A stretch of DNA of 64,000 nt. Source: a virus. Its lineage: Duplodnaviria > Caudoviricetes. Location: IMG/VR virus record IMGVR_UViG_3300020371_000002; one strand, written 5' to 3'. This document shows positions 54,950 to 62,813 of the stretch, piece after piece. A program made the translations under genes and the position numbers. The notes under the pieces were generated by a model, which worked only from the letters and a program-made list of their open reading frames with translations, was not told the DNA's origin and searched no databases. Every line of letters starts with the position of its first letter. Position 1 is the first letter of the stretch.

Positions 54950-57229
54950 TTAGAACTCGCCAAATGGGTTCCTTTCTGAGAAGTCAAGAATCTTGTCTGC
55001 CTCAGTCTCGATGTTTTCATTATCACCAAATCCCGTGTTATCACCACTGAAATCAATAGTAGAGATCGTGTAACTAACTCCAGCACCAACAACAGATTCT
55101 CCAATGACAAAACTACCATCAACTCTGGTAAGTTCGAGAGTCTTATTGGGCATGTTCCAAGATTTGACAGTACCCTTGGTTCCACTTTCCAGACCTTCAA
55201 CTTCCATACCTCTTTCATATTCTCCGAAGGATGGATCTCTAACAGAGTCAATACCGACAGTAGGATAGTTAAATGTATATCCTGCACCAGCACTACGATA
55301 TCTAATTTGTGTGAGAGATCCTGTAACATCCAGAACTGCCTCTGCACTGACATTATTAATTGCAGTGGATGTTCCAACCGATGAAGGAATGAAGATTGGT
55401 TGAACGTATATATTTGGTGTAGTCGAGTATCCAACACCACCAGTGATGATGCCTGCAGGTCCCATAACACCTGTATTGATTACGGCAGTTGCAATACCAC
55501 CACCTGAACCGCCGCCACCAGAGATGGTTACTGTAGGTGGACTTTGATATCCAGTACCAGGATCGATAAGGAGAATTCTATCGATACCCAATCCAGTGTT
55601 TGCAGTTCTACTTGTCATAATAGCAACCGCAGTTGCCTGTACACCTCTATCTGGTTCAGTAATATAAACCAGAGGAGTATTCATGAAACCTTGTCCAGTT
55701 TCTTTAATGAAGATTGAATCCACCTTCAGTCCATCCATAACAGCGACTGCCTGTGGGACAATATTATCGCAGGTTTGAATATACTGTGCTACTTCACTAG
55801 TGTGTAAATCAACTTCCTGTTCTGTAGTAGTTGTGGGAATTTGAGTATCTATAGCAGTTCTAAACTGGGTATCAGTGGTATGTAAAATAGTGACGTGATC
55901 AAGAACACCAATATATCCAGCTGTTCTTGTTGGAGCTCTACCTGCACCAGCAACGTCAGCACCCAGTTGCAGTACATCATTACCGATGAATGGAATTGGG
56001 TCTACGTTGGCATATGGTCCTTGAGAGACTCCATTGACACTGATCCTTGCGTCTGTGCCTACCTGAACGATTCTAACGAAGTTCCAAGCATTCAGATTCA
56101 TCCTCTGAGAAGATGAAGTGGTTGTCTGTGCCGATGCGAATCTAATTTTACCATCAGGTAGATGGAAGATCTTGATCCTATCGGACCACATTAAAACACC
56201 ACCAAGATTTACATCTGGTTCCAAATCAGTTGGGTAATACCAGAAACTAATTACAATCCTGCCATTTCTTCCATCAATTGTCGATGGGAACACCAATCTA
56301 GAATTTTCTACATCTGTCGCAGCTGTGTGTTCAAATGCATTATTACCGAACTTAACTGATGTTGCAGTAGTTCTATTCGGTGGACTGAATGTAACGGTAG
56401 GAATTTCTAGGTGATTTGAACCAGAATCTGTAACTGTGATACTGGTTATTGCTTTATCGGTTAAAGATGCAGTCGCTGTTGCACCTCTTCCTTTTTCTGG
56501 ATTGGCAATAGTTACACTAGGAGTAGTAACATAACTACCATCATTGACCATATCAATATATTGAACAGACTTCACATCGGTGAATGTAGAAGCATATCCA
56601 ATACTTGCAGCTGCAGAAACTGCAGTGTCACCAATCATCTTGATGATTACAGCAGTACCCTCTCCACCAAGAGGTTCAATAATATCCTCACCTTGCATAC
56701 CAGTTTCAACATCAGAGATGTCAATGATCTCATCTTTATACTCAAAGATCTCACATCTGAGTTCATACATGAAGAGATCATTTAACTGATAGAAAGGAAC
56801 CTTTCCTTCCACATACTTAATCTCAAATAAAGCATTATCTAAAGGAAGATAAATCAAGTCGCCTTCTTGAGGTCTATTAGTTAATTTAACAGTACCTTCT
56901 GGATACATCTCCAAGAATGGACTGATGAAATCATCATACCTTTCTTTAGAAATTACTAATTGAATCTCATCTGTTGCACGAACACCAAACTTTGTTAGAA
57001 TATCTGATGGAGTACCAAACCCCTCAAAGTTGGTTAGATATGCTTCGATTCGGAAACTATCATCGAATCTAGAAGCATTAATCTCTTTAATTACTGTTGC
57101 TTCATTAATGATCTTTCTAGGAAGATACAAGACATCCTGACCAAACATCTTAAGATGTTCGTTCACCAAATCCTGAACTAACCTCTGTTCACTAGGTGAT
57201 CCGTGTAAGAAAAAAGGACTTAAAGGCAT
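54950..57229 (-). CDS. gp14: neck protein (T4 gp14-like) with large internal insertion
   Basis: QDLVNEHLKMFGQDVLYLPR, EGDLIYLP, PFYQL, C-terminal DFSERNPFGE. Confidence 0.92.
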   Translation of the reverse strand: MPLSPFFLHGSPSEQRLVQDLVNEHLKMFGQDVLYLPRKIINEATVIKEINASRFDDSFRIEAYLTNFEGFGTPSDILTKFGVRATDEIQLVISKERYDDFISPFLEMYPEGTVKLTNRPQEGDLIYLPLDNALFEIKYVEGKVPFYQLNDLFMYELRCEIFEYKDEIIDISDVETGMQGEDIIEPLGGEGTAVIIKMIGDTAVSAAASIGYASTFTDVKSVQYIDMVNDGSYVTTPSVTIANPEKGRGATATASLTDKAITSITVTDSGSNHLEIPTVTFSPPNRTTATSVKFGNNAFEHTAATDVENSRLVFPSTIDGRNGRIVISFWYYPTDLEPDVNLGGVLMWSDRIKIFHLPDGKIRFASAQTTTSSSQRMNLNAWNFVRIVQVGTDARISVNGVSQGPYANVDPIPFIGNDVLQLGADVAGAGRAPTRTAGYIGVLDHVTILHTTDTQFRTAIDTQIPTTTTEQEVDLHTSEVAQYIQTCDNIVPQAVAVMDGLKVDSIFIKETGQGFMNTPLVYITEPDRGVQATAVAIMTSRTANTGLGIDRILLIDPGTGYQSPPTVTISGGGGSGGGIATAVINTGVMGPAGIITGGVGYSTTPNIYVQPIFIPSSVGTSTAINNVSAEAVLDVTGSLTQIRYRSAGAGYTFNYPTVGIDSVRDPSFGEYERGMEVEGLESGTKGTVKSWNMPNKTLELTRVDGSFVIGESVVGAGVSYTISTIDFSGDNTGFGDNENIETEADKILDFSERNPFGEF

Positions 57230-58047
57230 TATCCGATCATGTCTAGAGGTGGCATTGCATATTCAGTCATTAGTCTCTCTTCATGGTCTTCGATCTCTCT
57301 CTGAGCATCATCGAACAGTTGTCTACCATTCATTTCAAGACCGCCAGGAAGTTTGACCCCTTGGAATTTGATCAAGTTCTGACCCCACTGTCTCTTGATT
57401 AAAGAAGTTGTATATCTCTTTAACCAAGGATCGTTGTAAACAGAAGTTGCGGATTGTGGATCCACTTCTCTGTAACAATCAATAAGAATATAATGATTAG
57501 CCGTGACTTCACCAAGGTCAATATCTAAGTATAGTCTTCTATTTTTCTTGTTGAACCTAACCTGAGCATCAGGATTGATCATATAATCAAGAGTCTCAAG
57601 GTAAGATTTTACCATTCCATAATTTAACAGATCGATTGCTCCGTAGTAATATAAATCATTCAGGAACAATTGATATTTGATATTGAATAATCCGTCCGAA
57701 ACGGATGAAGAGTCAATCTTGAAGATCTTGTTTACTCCAATGATTGAATCTGGAAGAGGTAGATAATTAGCACCTTCCTCATATTCCATTGTAGAGACGC
57801 CGCCGTGGGTACTAGTCCCAGTGGTAGTAGAAGCAATACCTGCAAAAGTATCCTTCTCCACTTCAAGCAACTTATGCTTGAGAAAAACTCTGTCTATTCC
57901 CTCACCATGTCTTTCATGGTATAATTGGATGGCATCATCGATCAGATCCTCAACTTGATCGTCGTCAACGTTGATCTCCAATACTGGTTTACCGAGTTTC
58001 CTTAGACAGTATTCCTTCAACTCGTCTCTACTAGAGGGCTTTGCCAT
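57229..58047 (-). CDS. gp13: neck protein (T4 gp13-like)
   Basis: LKEYCLRKLGKPVLEINVDDDQVED, KRQWGQNLIKFQGVKLPGG; TAAATA at 58075-58080. Confidence 0.95.
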   Translation of the reverse strand: MAKPSSRDELKEYCLRKLGKPVLEINVDDDQVEDLIDDAIQLYHERHGEGIDRVFLKHKLLEVEKDTFAGIASTTTGTSTHGGVSTMEYEEGANYLPLPDSIIGVNKIFKIDSSSVSDGLFNIKYQLFLNDLYYYGAIDLLNYGMVKSYLETLDYMINPDAQVRFNKKNRRLYLDIDLGEVTANHYILIDCYREVDPQSATSVYNDPWLKRYTTSLIKRQWGQNLIKFQGVKLPGGLEMNGRQLFDDAQREIEDHEERLMTEYAMPPLDMIG

Positions 58048-58079
58048 TCCCAAACTCTATAGGTTTCTCCAAAGTATTT

Positions 58080-58886
58080 ATGATCTTACTAACTGGTTAC
58101 AAAGGATTTATTGGTTCTCACTTCAGACAAGCACTAGGTGAAATGGGTGAGGACAAAGTGATTGGTGTCAATCAGGACAATGCCTGGGAGTTTGTCAGCA
58201 AGTTTGATGAATGGGATAAACTTAAATTAATTATTCATAATGGAGCAATGTCTTCCACCACAGAGAAGAACTGGATGACTATTGCACACTACAATCAAAA
58301 CTTCACTGCTCATCTCTTCGGAAAAGCAATAGAGTATCAGATTCCTATTAAATATGCATCCTCTGCTTCAGTGTATGGGAATCAAAAGAAGAATAGAAAA
58401 ATTATAAACCCGTTAAACCAATACGCCATTTCAAAACTAATCATTGACTACTATGTCTTAGACCATATAGACAAATTCAAACATATTCAAGGATTTAGAT
58501 ACTTTAATGTATATGGAACAGGAGAAGATCATAAGGGTGATCAAGCAAGTCCTATCAGTAAGTTTACCAAACAAATCAGAGAGACTGGAGAATTAACGTT
58601 ATTCGAAGGTTCTGATAAGTTTTATAGAGACTTTGTGTGGGTAAAAGATGTAGTGGATGTTGTTCTTAACAATACTGCTGATAGTGGTATCTACGATGTT
58701 GGTACGGGTAATCCAGTATCATTTGAAACTGTTGCTGAATTAGTCGCAAAAAAAGAGAAGGGAACCATAAAAAGGATCCCCTTCCCAGAACATCTTAAAG
58801 GTAAATATCAAGACTATACCTGTGCTAACAATTCATGGTATGAACATGATTACACTACTGTTGAAAGATATCTTGGAAGTGTATAA
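58080..58886 (+). CDS. hldD: ADP-L-glycero-D-manno-heptose 6-epimerase-like NAD-dependent epimerase
   Basis: LTGYKGFIGS, HNGAMSSTTE, YASSASVYG, PLNQYAISK, FRYFNVYG, RDFVWV, GKYQDYTCA. Confidence 0.85.
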   Translation: MILLTGYKGFIGSHFRQALGEMGEDKVIGVNQDNAWEFVSKFDEWDKLKLIIHNGAMSSTTEKNWMTIAHYNQNFTAHLFGKAIEYQIPIKYASSASVYGNQKKNRKIINPLNQYAISKLIIDYYVLDHIDKFKHIQGFRYFNVYGTGEDHKGDQASPISKFTKQIRETGELTLFEGSDKFYRDFVWVKDVVDVVLNNTADSGIYDVGTGNPVSFETVAELVAKKEKGTIKRIPFPEHLKGKYQDYTCANNSWYEHDYTTVERYLGSV

Positions 58887-59430
58887 ATCCCGTCGCAATG
58901 TATTTTTCATTTGAAGTGGGCATCTCTCCTTCATGTGCAAAGAGATAACTACATGGAAAGATAAGAACTTTTCCTGCTTCTGGTTTGATTGTTACATTGA
59001 GATCTGGAAACGATGTGCAACCACCCTCTTCAACATCATTTAGATAAGCAATAACTGCAAAGACTCTCGTAGCGTTTGGACCCGCAGTTTGATCAAAGTG
59101 TTCTAGGAAATGACCCCTGTCCTTTGGATACACTCGTACTGAAATATCTCGAAGAACTAGAGGTTCTCCCTTTGGAGTTAGATGTTCCGACTCATACTTC
59201 TCATATGCCCTAAAAAATCCTTGAGTTAGAAAATGGGATATAGCGTCATCAGGTTTAGGATATGCCTGAGTTGCAACTTTCTTAGTCCAATTCACGACTG
59301 AACCATTGGAATGGTCCATTGTTTTTCCGTCGTGATGTAATTCTGGAGTATTCTTAAACCAGTCAATAATAGTATGACATTCTTGCTGATCGTAAATGTC
59401 ATAACAACAAATAAATTCACTCAGTTCCAT
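58855..59430 (-). CDS. 2OG-Fe(II) oxygenase
   Basis: LEHFD, IAYLNDVEEGG, FPCSYLFAHEG, KYIATGF. Confidence 0.88.
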   Translation of the reverse strand: MELSEFICCYDIYDQQECHTIIDWFKNTPELHHDGKTMDHSNGSVVNWTKKVATQAYPKPDDAISHFLTQGFFRAYEKYESEHLTPKGEPLVLRDISVRVYPKDRGHFLEHFDQTAGPNATRVFAVIAYLNDVEEGGCTSFPDLNVTIKPEAGKVLIFPCSYLFAHEGEMPTSNEKYIATGFIHFQDIFQQ

Positions 59431-59808
59431 TCAGTCTCCTGGAATGATACGATTACTATCTTCATCAAAATGTTCTGAACTAAACTCAAATAGTTCTGTG
59501 TCTTCCATGGCATACATTCTATGTTTCATTCCAACTGGAACATGAAATTTATCACCACGTTCTAAAACGTCTACCGTTGCCATTTCAATGTTGTCATCCC
59601 ATCCATAGTAGATTCTGATTTTTCCACTCTGAACATAAAAGACTTCATCTTTTAGTTTATGGTAATGCCATGAACATTTTTTTCCTTTTGCAAGGAAAAG
59701 AAGTTTACCGCAGTATTGATCGCAGTTTACAATCCACTTTTCATATCCCCACCCTTTAGGTACGAATTTAATTGGATTGCCCTGCCTCGGTCTTGAAGAA
59801 ATCTCCAT
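59431..59808 (-). CDS. cupin (sugar-phosphate isomerase-like)
   Basis: KGWGYE, CSWHYHKLKDEVFYV, FHVPVGMKHR. Confidence 0.8.
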   Translation of the reverse strand: MEISSRPRQGNPIKFVPKGWGYEKWIVNCDQYCGKLLFLAKGKKCSWHYHKLKDEVFYVQSGKIRIYYGWDDNIEMATVDVLERGDKFHVPVGMKHRMYAMEDTELFEFSSEHFDEDSNRIIPGD

Positions 59809-60112
59809 CGTTTATACCTTTATCGTCAATGTAATAATCGGCAGAAGGTTTACCTAAACGTAAATCGGTAAACATGCATCCCCAATTACAAAGTTGTTTT
59901 AAAGTCAACTTGTAAAATGCATCATGTGCTTTTTGACAGTCATCATTAAATCTACCCATACCTCTAGCAGTAAAGTAGATTACCTCATTGCCTTTAATAT
60001 ATAGATCGTTTATTTGACAGATTCTATCATATCGGGGGACTGCGTGAGTATACTTTTCCTCACCCTCACCAGGATAACAGATAGTGCCATCAATGTCTAC
60101 CACATATTTCAT
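59768..60112 (-). CDS. HAD-superfamily phosphatase (capsule-biosynthesis-phosphatase-like)
   Basis: VDIDGTI, FTARG, GKPSADYYIDDK. Confidence 0.85.
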   Translation of the reverse strand: MKYVVDIDGTICYPGEGEEKYTHAVPRYDRICQINDLYIKGNEVIYFTARGMGRFNDDCQKAHDAFYKLTLKQLCNWGCMFTDLRLGKPSADYYIDDKGINDGDFFKTEAGQSN

Positions 60113-60885
60113 AGTTGTCCAATGTCGTTTTGTGTTAGTGTATAAACGCCAGGATGTTGAACCGACATCGCTGCAGCACGGTTTGCATAATCAATCGAAA
60201 CCTGCAAGTCATGGGTTTCCAAATGTCTTTTAACTAATGCGGCCAAGAATGTGTCTCCTGCACCAGTTACATCATACACTTTAACTTGGGACTCTAACGT
60301 AAAGGTAATGCCTGCCCACTTAGCACCCGCAGCACCCATCGTAACAATCATATGAGTATCGTGAGGCATATCTTCGTGTTTCTCTAAAAGATCATATTCT
60401 TTCTTATTGATCTTGTAGAAAACATTATCTTTATGATATAATTTTCTCTTTTTTGTATCTACGAAAATAGGGCCATTGAAACTTTCAATAATCTCTTTCA
60501 TCCTATCTTCGGGTAGAAAACCTTTACCATAGTCAGAAATGACCATGACATCAAATCCGCCAAAGTGGATAAACGATGATCTAAGTTGTGCTGCGGTGAT
60601 GGGACTGACTTCTTTGTCTTCGTCCATCCTCATTAATTGGTAACCACTATTCTCATCGATGAAACGAGTCTTAATGATATGTTCTTTATGAGTTAATAGA
60701 TCTGTAGCAACACCAAAAGATCTCAAATTATTATTGACATTGGCTGCCATTCCTTTGGTCTTCTCACTCCGAGAATACTTCAATACTGGAACAGGAGCTT
60801 CGGGACTTAATCTATCAACAGTACCGTAAACATATTCATCGTCACATGTATCTCCAAGGACGATTGCCTTAAATGTATCACTCAT
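60109..60885 (-). CDS. rfaE: heptose-7-phosphate kinase (HldE/RfaE kinase domain, PfkB family)
   Basis: DRLSPEAPVPV, GMAANV, ISDYGKG, DVTGAGDTF. Confidence 0.88.
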   Translation of the reverse strand: MSDTFKAIVLGDTCDDEYVYGTVDRLSPEAPVPVLKYSRSEKTKGMAANVNNNLRSFGVATDLLTHKEHIIKTRFIDENSGYQLMRMDEDKEVSPITAAQLRSSFIHFGGFDVMVISDYGKGFLPEDRMKEIIESFNGPIFVDTKKRKLYHKDNVFYKINKKEYDLLEKHEDMPHDTHMIVTMGAAGAKWAGITFTLESQVKVYDVTGAGDTFLAALVKRHLETHDLQVSIDYANRAAAMSVQHPGVYTLTQNDIGQL

Positions 60886-61282
60886 AATTTCTCAAAATTG
60901 TTTGAATGACTTTTGTAGAAGAATATCCGCCGACTCTTGGTAAGTGTCGAACTTCCTTTGCAAAGTCTGCTCCAACAACATCACCATTCTTCCAGTCTCC
61001 TCCCAAAAGAAGAATATCTGGACTATACATTTCGATCAAATCTTCTAATTCTTTCCTACTATTAAAATAGTGTACAGTATCTATGTAACGAATAGATTGT
61101 AACATTGACATCCTATAGCATAAATCATTAATAGGCTTAGAGGGACCTTTGTCGTTCCTAATCTTTTCGTCCGTATCTGTCGCTACAATAAGTTTATCTC
61201 CTAGAGAAGCACCGACTTTAAACAATTCAATATGCCCTGGGTGCAAAATATCAAATGTTCCGTTAGTAAAAACAATCTTCAC
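60878..61282 (-). CDS. heptose-1-phosphate adenylyltransferase (HldE/RfaE domain II)
   Basis: FTNGTFDILHPGH, DKGPSKPIND, LLLGGDW, GYSSTKVI. Confidence 0.88.
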   Translation of the reverse strand: MKIVFTNGTFDILHPGHIELFKVGASLGDKLIVATDTDEKIRNDKGPSKPINDLCYRMSMLQSIRYIDTVHYFNSRKELEDLIEMYSPDILLLGGDWKNGDVVGADFAKEVRHLPRVGGYSSTKVIQTILRNYE

Positions 61283-62082
61283 TTAGGTTCTCCGTACTGT
61301 CCATATTTTAAAAATTTCTGATACTCACTATGATTCACTGGTAAGAAAGTTCCTGGGCCACCTAAGAAGATGAAGAACATTTGAACCAATCTCCAAGTAT
61401 CTCCAGTAAACATTCCAGGTTTAATATAACCTGTATGGAGAATGTTTGCAGGATACATTACAAACCTATTATACTTCATTTCGGCAAGATGTATCAGTTC
61501 CCACTCCTCCTCACTATCTGTAATATAATTATCGTAATAGGGGTACTTATTTTTCTTCTTTAACCAGTTATCTATTTTATCTGGATTGCCCAGTTGATCA
61601 CCTTCTAAGGTATAAAATGATGTGCCACCTGCACATTCTTCATCCTTATTAAGATATACAGTTGCAGCATATAACATCCCACCATCATCATCCACATGGG
61701 GGACAATAGGTTTTAGATTTTCTGATTGAGTCACATTGACACAGAATGTCAATCCCTTAATGGAATCTTCTACCCTAGCAGGAGTAATTTTTTTCTCCTT
61801 CATGTGATCTCCATAAACACTACCAAAAATGTTAGTAAAGAATGGAGTTAATGATGAGAAATCATAGTATGCATCTACCCTGTGGCCAGGCGCCCCTGCC
61901 AAAATAATTGGATTATTCGTACATGGAATCTGTAAGGCCAGATCTCTAACCATTTCTGGGTTCTTGTAGAAGTTATCAATAGTGACAATTTTGGATTTCT
62001 CTGGTCCAATTGTATGAACACTTGCTTCTAGATCATCACCCAAAGCAAATACTTCATGTTCATCAATAAAAGCTTTTTTCAT
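61279..62082 (-). CDS. 2OG-Fe(II) oxygenase-like protein (DUF6445-like), copy 1
   Basis: IDNFYKNPEMVR, VPHVD, YLN...GGTSFY, MKYNRFVMYP..ILHTGY, RLVQ. Confidence 0.8.
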   Translation of the reverse strand: MKKAFIDEHEVFALGDDLEASVHTIGPEKSKIVTIDNFYKNPEMVRDLALQIPCTNNPIILAGAPGHRVDAYYDFSSLTPFFTNIFGSVYGDHMKEKKITPARVEDSIKGLTFCVNVTQSENLKPIVPHVDDDGGMLYAATVYLNKDEECAGGTSFYTLEGDQLGNPDKIDNWLKKKNKYPYYDNYITDSEEEWELIHLAEMKYNRFVMYPANILHTGYIKPGMFTGDTWRLVQMFFIFLGGPGTFLPVNHSEYQKFLKYGQYGEPK

Positions 62083-62813
62083 GGATCTAACGCAACGAAC
62101 ATCATTTGAATTAATCTATAGAGATCACCAGTAAACATATCTGGTTTCATATAAGCAGTATGTACTACATTGCCTGGATACATTACCAGACGATTATATT
62201 TCATTTCTGCAACACTGAGTAATTCCCAATCAGGAACATTATCAGTGTCTGTAATATAATGATCCCAGAATTTTTCTTTACCTTTTGATTTTAACCACTG
62301 ACCAATATCTTCATTGGTAATGGATTGTTTACCATTTAACATATAGAACGAAGTCCCGCCCTGGCACTCCTCAGGCGTGTTTAAATAGATTCCCGCAGCA
62401 AATAACATAGAATCCCTATCATCGATGTGTGGGGTCACTGGCGGTAGGTTTACGGACTGATTAATGTTGACACAGAAGGGAGTTGTACGAACTGACTCAT
62501 AAATTTGGTCATCACTAACATTCTCTGTCAAATCCCCATATACAGTCCTAAACAAGTGTCTAAAAATAGGATATAAAGATTCGAAATCATAATGACCAAA
62601 CACTCTAGTGCCAGGAGTTCCTGCCATTATCTTTGCATTCTCTGTCGGAGGAATACTTAAAGTAAGATCTCTAACCATGTCTGGATTCTTGTAGAAGTTA
62701 TCAACAACAACTACACGAACTTCTTCTGGTCCAATAACATGAACACAAGCTTCCAGATTTGGATTTACTTCAAAGACTTCTTTTTCATTAATAAAGGGTA
62801 TATTCATTTCCAA
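62079..62813 (-). CDS. 2OG-Fe(II) oxygenase-like protein (DUF6445-like), copy 2
   Basis: VDNFYKNPDMVR, TPHID, GGTSFY, MKYNRLVMYP..VVHTAY; tandem paralogue of copy 1. Confidence 0.8.
   Translation of the reverse strand: MEMNIPFINEKEVFEVNPNLEACVHVIGPEEVRVVVVDNFYKNPDMVRDLTLSIPPTENAKIMAGTPGTRVFGHYDFESLYPIFRHLFRTVYGDLTENVSDDQIYESVRTTPFCVNINQSVNLPPVTPHIDDRDSMLFAAGIYLNTPEECQGGTSFYMLNGKQSITNEDIGQWLKSKGKEKFWDHYITDTDNVPDWELLSVAEMKYNRLVMYPGNVVHTAYMKPDMFTGDLYRLIQMMFVALDP

Noticed and set aside
12832-58053. Longest-ORF N-terminal extensions for gp41, the oxygenase at 14861, hsp20, gp45, gp55, uvsW and hldD
   Set aside because: They overlap upstream genes or promoters; downstream ATGs with stop/start coupling or an SD were used instead
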